Shown one piece after another: positions 26,600 through 37,030 of a DNA stretch of 48,917 bases (position 1 is its first letter; the number at the start of each line of letters is the position of its first letter). Below the pieces are notes generated by a model. The model was given only the letters and a program-made list of their open reading frames with translations. It ran no database searches and had not been told where the DNA came from. Position numbers and translations under genes: made by a program. The stretch covers positions 1-48,917 of the IMG/VR virus record IMGVR_UViG_3300025141_000158. The stretch is one strand, 5' to 3'. The DNA is from a virus (taxonomy: Duplodnaviria; Caudoviricetes).

Positions 26600-28345
26600 T
26601 TAAGCGTCAAGGGGAATATATTCAACTATGTATCCTTCAATGCTTGCTGGACTGCCACTTACCCACTCAGGAGCTATAGTCTCACAAACACGATTTACAA
26701 AAACATCAGCCCTTAACGCACCAGTTCCTGGCCACTTTCTACCTTTATTATAACTTTCATTTCTATCCCACTGTACCCCTGTGCCAAGTGTTACTTCCTC
26801 TTGATAAGCACTTTCACGTCCCTCATTAATATTAGCTCTAAATGTTAGTTTCTGCTGTCCTGTCCGTCTACGATAAAGTGTTGTTACATTAAGCACGTGC
26901 TTAGATCGACCAGGTAATCCAAGATCATTAGGACTCATCTTGATGTGCCAAGTATAAGGAATTTTCCAATCTTCATTTATGGATGACTCATTACCTGTAA
27001 ATATACGACCAAAAGCATTTCCACTATTTATTCTACCTGAAGATCCATCAAACTCAGGCCCATCTTCAACATTTTTCATAGCCCCTATCCAATCTCTCTG
27101 CTTACCATCACTACCAACAAAAGTAGAAATAGTATTCAAAAGGTGGCTAGGTGTATCTAACCATGAATCACCAGTTTCCCAATCCCAAACAAGTATTATA
27201 TCAAATCCACCAGCACCACCGCCTCTAAGATCTGACCCGTTAGTAGACATATAAAACCTAACTTGGTGATCTGCCTCCCTTACTACAGCTTGTGCTTTAT
27301 CTAGCCTAAACAGATTAAGGTTAAAAAATTCTGTTATATCATCACTATTAACAATCTGATACTGTAGATCAGGAGTTATAACAAATATACCTTCTTTTGC
27401 TAGCCCGCAACAAAATTCGGGACGCGAAATAATAGCATTTCGACCTGTAGGACTAAAGCCTCTAATTGTTCGCTCAAACTGAAAGTTTCTATATCCCATT
27501 TCTGTAGTAGATACAAATCCTGTATATAGTCCATCTTCTTTAAATATTAACAACTTACCATTAAAATCAATACAGTGAACTATAGGGGCGCCACCTTCAA
27601 AACATTTAAATACATTCTGCTGAGGAAAGATCACAGGATCAACTACCCACATATCGCTTTTACTCAAGGAAACACTACAAAAACGAACTGTTGTAGGTTG
27701 GTATGTTCCGCCTTCAGTTGTCCCGTAAACACCTAAACCATTAGAGTGAATAAAGACACCTTTACAAGCAGTGAATATATCAGAACCTACGCCCGCTGTA
27801 GCTTCTTTAGGTGCTAATTTAGTAAAGTTAGCTGTCAGACTACCAGTCCAAGATTGTAATTGTCCCTCACTGTCTGAAATCCAAAGTTTATCTTTTAAAA
27901 ACGCATAAGTAAATCTAGTATCATAATCAGCGGTAAGTGTATCTGATCCTGTAAGATTAGTTATTGTTTGTCCTACACCACCTGGATCATTCCACATAGC
28001 AGTTACATCACTTCCAGTAGCTGCACTAGTACCTAAAACGACTCTTCTATTACTCCCATCTGCAAATGTAACACTTTGTAACCCTGTTATCGCATATCCA
28101 TTATAATTAGATGTATCATCTTTAGTTAATGTACTTTCTGTATACGCTGTATATCCATATCTACTATGAGCAACACCACGTTCAGATATATCAATATTAC
28201 GCATTACTTCAGCGTGTTCAGGTGTAAGTCTTGCATCAGGATAAAACCACCTTGAACGCTGTCCCTTAATCCTAAATATAGGACTAGTAACTGTTTGTTG
28301 TGATACCCTTAAATTTTGTCTAACTAAGTTACTTGCTATAGCCAT
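26600..28345 (-). CDS. Tail nozzle/head-stabilisation protein (P22 gp10 / tail tubular B-like)
   Basis: 581-aa beta-propeller-like sequence (NIDIS..G, LLIFKEDG) between adaptor and fibre. Confidence 0.65.
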   Translation of the reverse strand: MAIASNLVRQNLRVSQQTVTSPIFRIKGQRSRWFYPDARLTPEHAEVMRNIDISERGVAHSRYGYTAYTESTLTKDDTSNYNGYAITGLQSVTFADGSNRRVVLGTSAATGSDVTAMWNDPGGVGQTITNLTGSDTLTADYDTRFTYAFLKDKLWISDSEGQLQSWTGSLTANFTKLAPKEATAGVGSDIFTACKGVFIHSNGLGVYGTTEGGTYQPTTVRFCSVSLSKSDMWVVDPVIFPQQNVFKCFEGGAPIVHCIDFNGKLLIFKEDGLYTGFVSTTEMGYRNFQFERTIRGFSPTGRNAIISRPEFCCGLAKEGIFVITPDLQYQIVNSDDITEFFNLNLFRLDKAQAVVREADHQVRFYMSTNGSDLRGGGAGGFDIILVWDWETGDSWLDTPSHLLNTISTFVGSDGKQRDWIGAMKNVEDGPEFDGSSGRINSGNAFGRIFTGNESSINEDWKIPYTWHIKMSPNDLGLPGRSKHVLNVTTLYRRRTGQQKLTFRANINEGRESAYQEEVTLGTGVQWDRNESYNKGRKWPGTGALRADVFVNRVCETIAPEWVSGSPASIEGYIVEYIPLDA

Positions 28346-28354
28346 TTATCGCTC

Positions 28355-29350
28355 CTATGAAGCTAACCCAAAATCGACACCTTTTACTAAGGGTCGACCT
28401 GGACGTTGGCGATAACCAGGTGCATTCTGTATATTAGCAAATACATGAATAGCAGCTGGAGCATAGGATGCACTTCCTGTAAATTCTGCCATACGTTCAC
28501 CGAATGTAATTCTGTGAGCTCCTGCAGTGTCTGCTTTTCCCCAAGCAGCTAGTAAATCTTGAGTTACACCGAAAATCAATATATCATGGAATTGTTCATC
28601 AAACTTAGGCCAATCATAGTCATTCACTAAAGGTGGAACACGCATCTCTGCACGTACATTATAAGTAATTACAGAGCCTGGAATTGGGTTAAACTCTATT
28701 GTAATATAATTAGGACTATCATACATAGTAGGAATATGGGCAATTTGATTACCTGCATTATCCTTAACAGTTATATCACCTGTAAATATTTGCTCATTAA
28801 GAGGTGCTTTTACAACTCTCTCTACACCTAAAGCAGCACTGTAACTATTAGAAGAAGCTACATTAGATGTCCCATTCATCTCAATAAGTTCAGTTACTAA
28901 ATCACCATTAGTATTAAAACCTTCAACACGCAAATTAAAATTACCACCTGCGTCAGCTGTATTACTACTTACTACAGTAAGAGTTCCATTTGTAGATGGA
29001 TACTTCTGTGTTCCTCTTGTTTCTGCTACAAAGAACTCATACGGAGTTCCTGTGTCAGTAGAACCTGCCTCTCTGCGATCAAAACTCCGAGCAGACGTTT
29101 CACTTAACATACGCGGAGTTGTAGGATCTTCTATGTTCTTAATTTTACGAACACTTAAAGGCATACCAAGTGTAGCCTGACCAGACACACTGGATGCCGT
29201 AAATACACGTTCTTCATATGGAGTGTCTACTTCTTCTAATACACGAAAATAGACAGTATTAATCATTCTTTTTACTAATGTCTCAGCTTGTCCTCCCGTT
29301 CCTTGTCCAGCAAAAGCAAGTATTTCTTCTACTATCTTTTTATAATACAA
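28355..29350 (-). CDS. Head-tail adaptor (tail tubular A-like)
   Basis: Helical N-terminus; GTP..F motif; C-terminal P.FDEQFHDILIFG typical of adaptors. Confidence 0.65.
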   Translation of the reverse strand: MYYKKIVEEILAFAGQGTGGQAETLVKRMINTVYFRVLEEVDTPYEERVFTASSVSGQATLGMPLSVRKIKNIEDPTTPRMLSETSARSFDRREAGSTDTGTPYEFFVAETRGTQKYPSTNGTLTVVSSNTADAGGNFNLRVEGFNTNGDLVTELIEMNGTSNVASSNSYSAALGVERVVKAPLNEQIFTGDITVKDNAGNQIAHIPTMYDSPNYITIEFNPIPGSVITYNVRAEMRVPPLVNDYDWPKFDEQFHDILIFGVTQDLLAAWGKADTAGAHRITFGERMAEFTGSASYAPAAIHVFANIQNAPGYRQRPGRPLVKGVDFGLAS

Positions 29351-29352
29351 GG

Positions 29353-29988
29353 CTAGGTTCCTTTCTTACCCCCGCCAGCTTTTTCGATTCCCATGTTAAG
29401 CATTGCTTGTGCATCAGGACTTATTTCTTGTCCGCCTTGTTGAGCCATACCCATCTTAAACATCTCAGCAAAAGCCTTAAACATATCTGATTGACTCTCA
29501 GTTCTTTTCTTATCTTCACTCTTTAGCATGTTAGCTCTTGCTTCAGGCCCATTAGTTTTCTTAACATAAGCAATACGAAATTGCCACTCTTGAAAAGTGG
29601 GAATCTGCTCATCGGGATTAGCGTCTATATAAGCATCTACTTCATCCATACTCATTGGAGCTCTACCACCCATAATACCCACTATACGACTCATTGTTCC
29701 TTTGAGTCCAATAATAAGACCATCGTCAATAGAAACAGGACGAGGCCTTCCATCTATTCCGGCAACTGTAAGTCTTGGTTGCCTTCTTGTTCCTGAAGCT
29801 AAATCAGTTGTTACTTCCTTTATCCATTCACCTTCAGGTTGCCAATCAGCCCTATCTTTATTCATACTGATATAGGACGTAAAGACAACTTCTCCTTCTT
29901 GTTCTTTTGTTAGGATAAGAGGTACTCCAGACTCAAGGTCTCTTTCTCCAACTACTTCTTCCTTTTCTACATCAATTAAAACTGGCAT
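29353..29988 (-). CDS. Hypothetical protein
   Basis: 211-aa ORF in the late operon. Confidence 0.75.
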   Translation of the reverse strand: MPVLIDVEKEEVVGERDLESGVPLILTKEQEGEVVFTSYISMNKDRADWQPEGEWIKEVTTDLASGTRRQPRLTVAGIDGRPRPVSIDDGLIIGLKGTMSRIVGIMGGRAPMSMDEVDAYIDANPDEQIPTFQEWQFRIAYVKKTNGPEARANMLKSEDKKRTESQSDMFKAFAEMFKMGMAQQGGQEISPDAQAMLNMGIEKAGGGKKGT

Positions 29989-30003
29989 ACCAGCCCTTCC
30001 TTT

Positions 30004-30381
30004 CTATCGTGAATAACGTCTTTTTGTTGCACCTTTAGTTACTGCTCGTTTAACAGATGGGGCAGTTTTACCTTTTGTTCCAACTCTACCATAATTAGCT
30101 TGTGCTGACTTTTGCGTGTTTGCTCTACCTGGTTTTGCAGCCAACATTCCACCTCCAGGCTTACGTTTAGGTCTACCAGCTGCGCTAGTCGGGTTTTTAT
30201 TTCGACTGCTAAAACTAGCAGCTTTTGTTTTTGTGCTTGCTCTTTTTGGACTAGCTGCTTGCTTAGTTCCTTGAGCCGCAGCTTTAGAAGGCTTATTACT
30301 TGTAGGATTTTTTCTGGTTCCTCTACGTATATCCTGTACGCCTTTTCCTACATTTGCACGCTGTCTTACTGGCATAATCAA
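30004..30381 (-). CDS. Highly basic K/R/A-rich protein (putative DNA-condensing)
   Basis: Almost no acidic residues; repeated KNPTS; AAGGAG SD. Confidence 0.7.
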   Translation of the reverse strand: MIMPVRQRANVGKGVQDIRRGTRKNPTSNKPSKAAAQGTKQAASPKRASTKTKAASFSSRNKNPTSAAGRPKRKPGGGMLAAKPGRANTQKSAQANYGRVGTKGKTAPSVKRAVTKGATKRRYSR

Positions 30382-30387
30382 TTCTCC

Positions 30388-30588
30388 TTAGTTATACATC
30401 ACTGATTCATAGTGATCTTCAGACTCTTCTTCTTTACCTTCAGCCTTCATATTCAACTTCTTTTCTATCGCATCCAGTCGACAGATTATTTGCTCTAATT
30501 GCCCCATGCCTTTATGCTTCTCAGGCCCCAAATCAGAGCTTCCGCCACTAAGAACTATCTCTAAACCTTCGCTCATATGTGGTTTCAT
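30388..30588 (-). CDS. Hypothetical protein
   Basis: ATGA overlap. Confidence 0.65.
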   Translation of the reverse strand: MKPHMSEGLEIVLSGGSSDLGPEKHKGMGQLEQIICRLDAIEKKLNMKAEGKEEESEDHYESVMYN

Positions 30589-30911
30589 TGTATTGTAAAT
30601 CCTGTAGCATTAATTTGACAATCAGAACCGCTAGAAGCTATAACTGCTGTGACATCTGCATCTCTACTTGCCAACCATCCACTGGGATTAGTAAAACTAA
30701 ATGAAATACCCTCTACTGATACATCTATTTTCCATTCAGCTAATACCGTAGATCCATCTTTCAGCTGTATAGTACTATCAGCGTCTACATGGCCACTCAC
30801 ATGATCTGTAACAATTACTTTATTTGAAACTGCCGACTTAGTAGCTGTCGCACCAGAATTTGTTCCAGCTGCAGTGGCACTCCATCTACCATTAAGAGCA
30901 ACACTATCCAT
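30585..30911 (-). CDS. Small beta-rich putative virion protein
   Basis: GAGGTG SD; S/T/A/G-rich. Confidence 0.65.
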   Translation of the reverse strand: MDSVALNGRWSATAAGTNSGATATKSAVSNKVIVTDHVSGHVDADSTIQLKDGSTVLAEWKIDVSVEGISFSFTNPSGWLASRDADVTAVIASSGSDCQINATGFTIQ

Positions 30912-31866
30912 AACTCACCTCTTTCAGAGTATCTTCTCTAGCCCATTTTTTTATTATTTCTATCATAAACTTAATTCGATCATTATAAGTGTGCATTTCT
31001 CGTACTTTTATATGTCCACTCTTTGCTATTTCTTCGCGTTCCATAGGATGTTTTAAAGCCCAATCAATTTTCTCAATAGCTTCTTCGGGACTTGTATATC
31101 CTAAGAAATCTTCGCTTTCTTTAAATCCTAAACTTTCAATACCAACAACATCAGTGTTTGTAACAAGACAGGTTCCATAACTCATAGTTTCAAAAAATCG
31201 CATATTAAGATCATCACGAATTGAAACATTAAACCCTACTCTACCTCGTGCATAACGAACAGCGGCATCAGCCATAAAACAATTAAAAGACAACCAACTG
31301 TTATTAAACCGATTAAAAACACAGTCTAAATATTCTAAGCGATTTTTTCCCTCTTGTACACCATTAACTATATGTCCGTTATTTAAGTACCCAACAAAGA
31401 CAACATCATGTCTTTTATTTACTCCCCATTCACCTAAGATTTCATTTGAGGCTCTAGTTAATTCTCCAGCAGTAAGATCAACACTCGGAGTACACGCCAA
31501 CGGAAGCCAATGAACATTTTCAACTCCATCACCCTTCATCTTATCTACAGCTGGAAGTTGAGCAACAAAAACAATGTCAAACTTCTTTGCCCACTCTAAT
31601 CTTTGTTCATACCCTAAGTGCGTATCAACAAGATAACAACACTTTGGTGCATCACCTTTAGGAAGTTCCATAGGAATGTCATCTCTACCGTCATCCACAA
31701 ACAACCAAAAATCATGTTCTCCATAGTCAACCTCATCGTGAAACGGCCTAGTATAACGCTTCATTCCTGTGTCTTTAAAACCTTCACGAAAGAACGCTTC
31801 ACTTATTCTTCTTGCTGTACCATTATTTCTTATATCAGCGTTATAAAACAATCCAGGTGATTTCAT
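30904..31866 (-). CDS. CgeB-like GT-B glycosyltransferase
   Basis: HWLPLAC, DVVFVG, FNVSIRDDLNMRFFETMSYG, IA..G...V...HTY..R. Confidence 0.88.
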   Translation of the reverse strand: MKSPGLFYNADIRNNGTARRISEAFFREGFKDTGMKRYTRPFHDEVDYGEHDFWLFVDDGRDDIPMELPKGDAPKCCYLVDTHLGYEQRLEWAKKFDIVFVAQLPAVDKMKGDGVENVHWLPLACTPSVDLTAGELTRASNEILGEWGVNKRHDVVFVGYLNNGHIVNGVQEGKNRLEYLDCVFNRFNNSWLSFNCFMADAAVRYARGRVGFNVSIRDDLNMRFFETMSYGTCLVTNTDVVGIESLGFKESEDFLGYTSPEEAIEKIDWALKHPMEREEIAKSGHIKVREMHTYNDRIKFMIEIIKKWAREDTLKEVSYG

Positions 31867-33116
31867 TATGCAGCCACCTTTCTTGCTTCCACTTTTATTG
31901 CTCCTACTTTATCTTCCTCAATATTATCTATTTTAAACCCGCAAGTTTCAATTAAGTTCTGAAGTGCGTCTTTATTAAAAGCGTGAACATGAGTATAATC
32001 AATAAGCATAGTAGGAAGCCTATTGTGGTTAGGAACAGACAAAAACAACATCCCATCCTCTCTTAATAATCTAAACCATTCTTTCATAGTACGCAAGACA
32101 TCTATTGTGTGTTCTAAAATATGTGTGGCCACGATATAAGATTGACTACCATCATCAAGAGGAATATCAGCAGCATCTGCAATTAACTCTGCTTTACTAT
32201 CTTTTCCTTGCTGTCCTCCCGCATTTCCCACTGAATTATTTATATCAACACCTAAAGCTCCCTGTACCTCCTTATCACCACATCCTATATTAAGTCCAGG
32301 CTCGCCATTAAAATTTTTAGTTACTTTTTCTAACCATAAATCTTCACACGATTCTTCGGCACTATTTAATCTTGATTCCACTTTTGCCCATCCCGCTTGA
32401 AAACATTCATGCCAAGCTTTTACTCCATGTTTTCTTATTAGTGCGTTATTTGTTAACTCTTGATGCCAAGTTGAGTCCCAGTGACCTTTGTGTACTCTAT
32501 TGCCTGTTTGTTGCCCAAAGTGATGTAAGTAGCAACGCTTATCAACACGTAAATCATAACCCGCTTTAGTTAGTTTAATACTTAAGTCTAAATCATCACC
32601 ACCTGGTAATGTAGGATCTAGTCCGCCTAAATCTTTTAAAACATTAGTTCGTATTAACAAACAAAAACCAATTAATACAGAAGAATTAAAATTATTATCT
32701 GTATCTATAAACATTAAGCTTTGAGCACCAGCAACAAAATTAGAACAAGGATTAACAGCTCCTACGCACCCTTCTTTAAAGTTAGAAATAAGAATACGCC
32801 AAAACTCTTGTTGACCAGGTATAAATACAACATCATCATTTAATAAACAAAAGTACTCGGTATCACAGTCATTTAAAGCTAAGTTAATAGCTCCCATCCA
32901 ACCAAGATTTTCTTTAGGCTCTATAACTGTTAGAGGTAATTTGTTATTAATGTTATTTCCCATGTCTAACTTATATTTCACTTCTCCTTTCCCACCATTG
33001 TCAATAACAATAACTTTTAACGGGTATTCAGTATGCTTAAAAAGGCTCTTAATGCACCATTCTAACTGTTGTAAATTATGCCATGTAGGAATAGCCACAG
33101 TAAGTGAAGGTTTCAT
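31866..33116 (-). CDS. GT2 glycosyltransferase fused to a class I SAM methyltransferase
   Basis: VAIPTWHN, VIDNG, LLNDD, DDLDLS; then LNIGCG, HILEH, LSVPN. Confidence 0.9.
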   Translation of the reverse strand: MKPSLTVAIPTWHNLQQLEWCIKSLFKHTEYPLKVIVIDNGGKGEVKYKLDMGNNINNKLPLTVIEPKENLGWMGAINLALNDCDTEYFCLLNDDVVFIPGQQEFWRILISNFKEGCVGAVNPCSNFVAGAQSLMFIDTDNNFNSSVLIGFCLLIRTNVLKDLGGLDPTLPGGDDLDLSIKLTKAGYDLRVDKRCYLHHFGQQTGNRVHKGHWDSTWHQELTNNALIRKHGVKAWHECFQAGWAKVESRLNSAEESCEDLWLEKVTKNFNGEPGLNIGCGDKEVQGALGVDINNSVGNAGGQQGKDSKAELIADAADIPLDDGSQSYIVATHILEHTIDVLRTMKEWFRLLREDGMLFLSVPNHNRLPTMLIDYTHVHAFNKDALQNLIETCGFKIDNIEEDKVGAIKVEARKVAA

Positions 33117-33949
33117 TTAACCCCCTTATTTGCTTTCATAAGCTCTTCATATTGTTCAGGTATAGTTTTTCTGTATAACTCATAAGATGTTGCATCAGCC
33201 CATCGAGGTGCGTGTTCTTTATGTTGTGTTTTTACTCTGGTGTCCATATAACGTGGAATACCATATTCAGCGCAACGATAACAAAAATGCCAATCTTCGC
33301 CACAACCTGTACTGGAAAACCAAGGCTTAGGAATCTCTTTAAACACATTCATATTGTAAAGCATACAAGCACCACCTAAAGCGAGCTCACCATTTATATC
33401 ATCATTCCCCACTAATTTTTCTTTAGGATAATCAAAAATTATTTCTGAGTTCTCAACAAATTCTTGATTATTTATTGTATCACGCTCTTTCTTTATACTA
33501 TAAAGCACTGGATGTATTGGAGTACGCGCTGTAAAGGCTAAGGCACCGACAACAGGAACTTTATTCCGCAACAAACTTAAAAAAGCTGAGTAATTAAAAA
33601 GCATATCAGCATCCCACCAGAAAAGATAATCAGCTCCCCAATCTAAAGCAGCGTCTACAATAATCTCACGTGCACGACCAACAAGACTAGTTCTACTGTA
33701 ATCAATTAAGGCTATTTCTAATCTTCCTAGTAAGTCATAATCTTCTTCTGTAGGATTCCCTGCCTCATCACCTGACTCATCTAACATAGGAAGTTTATCT
33801 CTTAATCCTAACCATGCGTCACGGGGCATAGAATCACGCATTACAGTTCTCTCTCGCAATGCACCAAAGTACATCATTAAATCTAAATAAGCTGGCCCTG
33901 TATCAGCATCAGGACCATTGTACCACGGTACTCCTATAGCTAACTTCAT
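33113..33949 (-). CDS. GT-A fold glycosyltransferase
   Basis: RAREIIVDAAL, YLFWWDADM (DxD), GGACML, PWF..GEDWHFC. Confidence 0.85.
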   Translation of the reverse strand: MKLAIGVPWYNGPDADTGPAYLDLMMYFGALRERTVMRDSMPRDAWLGLRDKLPMLDESGDEAGNPTEEDYDLLGRLEIALIDYSRTSLVGRAREIIVDAALDWGADYLFWWDADMLFNYSAFLSLLRNKVPVVGALAFTARTPIHPVLYSIKKERDTINNQEFVENSEIIFDYPKEKLVGNDDINGELALGGACMLYNMNVFKEIPKPWFSSTGCGEDWHFCYRCAEYGIPRYMDTRVKTQHKEHAPRWADATSYELYRKTIPEQYEELMKANKGVK

Positions 33950-34197
33950 TCAGCCCTGCTTTCCATTTTATCACGCAACCATTCACCGAAAGTTCTTCGG
34001 CTAATTAGCCCCAATTTTAATTTTAAAAACTCGAAAATACTACCTTGCTCTAAAGTACGCATCTGATGCCCTATATGATGCTTTTTTACTTTATCGTGGC
34101 CTTTTAACCACATAACTCTACCACAACTACACCTAACTAGTTGGTTCCCTACTTCTTTTGGGTCAACTGGTTTTAAAAAATTATAAATCCAATTCAT
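33946..34197 (-). CDS. Small putative metal-binding protein
   Basis: RCSCG...HHIGH; ATGA overlap. Confidence 0.6.
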   Translation of the reverse strand: MNWIYNFLKPVDPKEVGNQLVRCSCGRVMWLKGHDKVKKHHIGHQMRTLEQGSIFEFLKLKLGLISRRTFGEWLRDKMESRAE

Positions 34198-34217
34198 TAT
34201 CAGCCCTTCATCTTATT

Positions 34218-34247
34218 GTGAGGAAGCAGATTTCTCTGCCTCCCCAC
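34218..34247 (-). terminator. RNA hairpin after the capsid/decoration genes (terminator or stabiliser)
   Basis: GTGGGGAGGCAGA-GAAA-TCTGCTTCCTCAC on the - strand with G-U pairs; no U-tract. Confidence 0.65.
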
Positions 34248-34269
34248 TGTGATACAACATGAAACAAAG
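34247..34269. promoter_or_regulatory. 23-bp palindromic parS-like site, copy 4
   Basis: CTGTGATACAACATGAAACAAAG, directly after a stop codon. Confidence 0.7.
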
Positions 34270-34761
34270 TTACATTGCACGAATAAAAACGTGATTACCA
34301 TACGCTGGTGGCGTTGCGGTAAATGTTAGTGTATCCAGTGCTGTTATCTGGTTCCCGACAATACGGTTAGCAGCTGCACATAAACCAACACTTGTCATGC
34401 CAACACTAGCAATGTTACCTCGCATAGTCATCAATGGAGTACCTGGATTAACCTTTGCTCCAGCGGCCATAAGTGAAGCATAAAGAAGAACAGACTCATG
34501 ATAACCATAAACCTGAACTACCCCAGTTTCAGACCCATCAGGAATATCCTCAAAAGCAAGGCCAATTAAGTTACCCTCAATACTAGCAACTCCACAACCA
34601 TCAGAAACTAAACCTGCTTCATTTGTTGACACGCTAGCTGTATTAGCTGCGCTATCATACTTAAAAACTGGATAGTGCTGTGTAAGAGTATGTCCACTAG
34701 TATTTTGGACAGTAACCCAAACACGTTCCGTATCCGTACGGTTTACTGTTTGCATCCACAT
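34270..34761 (-). CDS. Putative capsid decoration/cement protein
   Basis: Follows the MCP; IGLAFEDIPDG..GVVQVYG pattern; AGGAG SD. Confidence 0.6.
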   Translation of the reverse strand: MWMQTVNRTDTERVWVTVQNTSGHTLTQHYPVFKYDSAANTASVSTNEAGLVSDGCGVASIEGNLIGLAFEDIPDGSETGVVQVYGYHESVLLYASLMAAGAKVNPGTPLMTMRGNIASVGMTSVGLCAAANRIVGNQITALDTLTFTATPPAYGNHVFIRAM

Positions 34762-34774
34762 AAGTTAATTTCTC

Positions 34775-35050
34775 CTAAACTAAGGTTGCTTCAAAATTCA
34801 AAACGTCTGTATCATCACCTGCATGGGAAATAAAAATAGACCCATTAGCAGTATCTTCAGTACCGTCATTTGAATTAAGAACGATTCGATTACTTTCCTC
34901 TCCATCTGAATTTATAGCCCAAAAACTAATTAGGCGACTTTTTGTATCTGTTATGGCCACTGTTCCGCCTGACGCATCACAGGTCATAGTACCTGTTAAC
35001 ACCAAACGATTAGCCATACGACCTTCAGAGGTAATTGCTGTAACAGCCAT
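34775..35050 (-). CDS. Small putative virion protein
   Basis: GGAGGT SD; directly after the MCP. Confidence 0.7.
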   Translation of the reverse strand: MAVTAITSEGRMANRLVLTGTMTCDASGGTVAITDTKSRLISFWAINSDGEESNRIVLNSNDGTEDTANGSIFISHAGDDTDVLNFEATLV

Positions 35051-35059
35051 ATCTACCTC

Positions 35060-36043
35060 CTATGTCAAACCAGTTAATTTGCCCAAACCAGCGCGTAGGT
35101 TAGTAGCCATGTTACCTTGAAACAGAATCGGAGCCAAGAACGAATCTTGGTTTACTGGACTCTGCATACCATCAGGTCCCATACTAAAGTACGCATCCTT
35201 GTGGACAAAAATCATGATGTGCTTACTATTGAGAACATACAAGGTTCCAGAAGGACACTTGCCTTCCCAATAAACCGTAGCACCACGAAACTTAGGCTTA
35301 ATACTCAATTCACCTTCGCCACCTGGTGTATAACGAATTGCAGGCACGATCAATGCTTCAAGAGTCTCAGCCATTGTTTGAGTCGTGAAGATAGCATCTG
35401 GCTCACCTTCAACACCCGAAATCTCAGTACAATCATTAAACATCGTACGGAGGTTAGGCAGAAGATTAGCCGCTGCATTACCAACACCAGTAATAACATT
35501 GTTACGCCATTTGTCATTATTACCAAAGTTAATATCTGCATACGTGCCAGAAGTATTTGTAGTAGCAACCATTGCTTCCAAACCTGTAATCTGCTTAGAA
35601 CCATTTGCTGTTCCATCACTGAAAGCATCGGTAGCTAAGTTATCTGCCAACGTAGCTTCTGCTTGGAACAAACGATCTTTAGCAAGATCACGAATACGGC
35701 TTTCGCCTTGATTACTACGTTTCTCGATACCAGAAATTACGACAGTCGTAGCCGCTTGCTTCCAATCAAAGAAAGCATTTGTCTGTCCATCATAACCTGA
35801 AGGATCCAGAGTTTCATATCCTGAGTAACGCTTAAAGTTACCAGAACCTTCATACATTACAGGTAGCTTAATTCTTTCACCGCCAGTCAACTTCTTAATA
35901 CGGCTTCCTTCATTAAGCCACTTCCAAAAAGAACTACGTTTGTGTACTTGGTCACGGAGCATTCCGCTATCCAAATAGTTCATAACAGTGGAGCTAAGTA
36001 GACCACCCCATGTTATACTAGGACTTGCATCTTTAATTCCCAT
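35060..36043 (-). CDS. Major capsid protein (HK97 fold)
   Basis: 327 aa after the scaffold; GGERIKLP, YSGYETL, DGTANGSKQITGL; terminal G.LTG. Confidence 0.88.
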   Translation of the reverse strand: MGIKDASPSITWGGLLSSTVMNYLDSGMLRDQVHKRSSFWKWLNEGSRIKKLTGGERIKLPVMYEGSGNFKRYSGYETLDPSGYDGQTNAFFDWKQAATTVVISGIEKRSNQGESRIRDLAKDRLFQAEATLADNLATDAFSDGTANGSKQITGLEAMVATTNTSGTYADINFGNNDKWRNNVITGVGNAAANLLPNLRTMFNDCTEISGVEGEPDAIFTTQTMAETLEALIVPAIRYTPGGEGELSIKPKFRGATVYWEGKCPSGTLYVLNSKHIMIFVHKDAYFSMGPDGMQSPVNQDSFLAPILFQGNMATNLRAGLGKLTGLT

Positions 36044-36082
36044 TACAATCTCTCAAGAAAATGAGGCTCACGCCTCTTGTTT

Positions 36083-37030
36083 TTATTGTCCAGTAAGCTG
36101 TCGCTTACCTAGTGCCCAAGCTCGTTCGAATACATCTTCAGCAGAATCATTTCGACTAGGATCATATATCCTTACTTGAGGTGATCCACTGCCTCTGGAA
36201 CTTCTTCTAACGGTCGCACTTGGAGACGGTCTACGTTGTTGTGGAGGTGGTGCCTGTTGAATAACTTGTTGAGGTTGTGGCACTGGGGCTTGAGCTCCAA
36301 ACTCCAGTTTATACAAATCCAACGGTGTTATACCAGTTGCTGGATCACGAAGTTGTGCAAGTCTTTCCCTTAACCGTTCTTGCACTTCTGGGTGTATCCT
36401 AACATTACCTGCCTCATCCACAGATCCAAACTGTTCACCAAACTGTCCGTAAGCATCCTCTAAATTTTGTTGGATATGACTACGTGATTGAGCTTCTATC
36501 GCTCGATCCTCCAACTCTTGTCGAGGAACATAACCTAAATGGTCAGCCATTGCTCTAAACATTTCTATATGCTGCTCAGAAACGCCTTCAGGTAAGGCTT
36601 GTTCATCAACTTGCCCTTCATCCTGTGCAGGAGCTGGCCCTTGTTCCCGTTGAGATAGCATTTGCTCACGAAGACCGAGAACTTCCCCCTTTAAATCATT
36701 CCACTCATTAATGTTCTGGTGCATTTGACGTTGCATACCAGACATGATTCTAGCAGCTTCAGGGTCACTCTGTCTTAGTCGAGATAAAACCTCATCTGTA
36801 CCTTGCCTACGACCTTCATCCACTCTTACTTGTGGAACAGGTGCATCGGCTTGAGACTCAGGTTCCATCTCTACTCCTGATACTTCCAGTCCATCAAGGA
36901 CGCCCTGATCATCAACGTCCCCCCACTTTCCAGCTTCCTCGTTAACAAAAGAACGATAGTCCTCTTGTGCGGAAACACTTTCTGAATCTACAACACCTGC
37001 ATCACCCATATCTCCAGCCACTTCTGACAT
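36083..37030 (-). CDS. Capsid scaffolding protein
   Basis: Acidic coiled coil upstream of the MCP; C-terminal SAEDVFERAW helix; GGAGG SD. Confidence 0.7.
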   Translation of the reverse strand: MSEVAGDMGDAGVVDSESVSAQEDYRSFVNEEAGKWGDVDDQGVLDGLEVSGVEMEPESQADAPVPQVRVDEGRRQGTDEVLSRLRQSDPEAARIMSGMQRQMHQNINEWNDLKGEVLGLREQMLSQREQGPAPAQDEGQVDEQALPEGVSEQHIEMFRAMADHLGYVPRQELEDRAIEAQSRSHIQQNLEDAYGQFGEQFGSVDEAGNVRIHPEVQERLRERLAQLRDPATGITPLDLYKLEFGAQAPVPQPQQVIQQAPPPQQRRPSPSATVRRSSRGSGSPQVRIYDPSRNDSAEDVFERAWALGKRQLTGQ

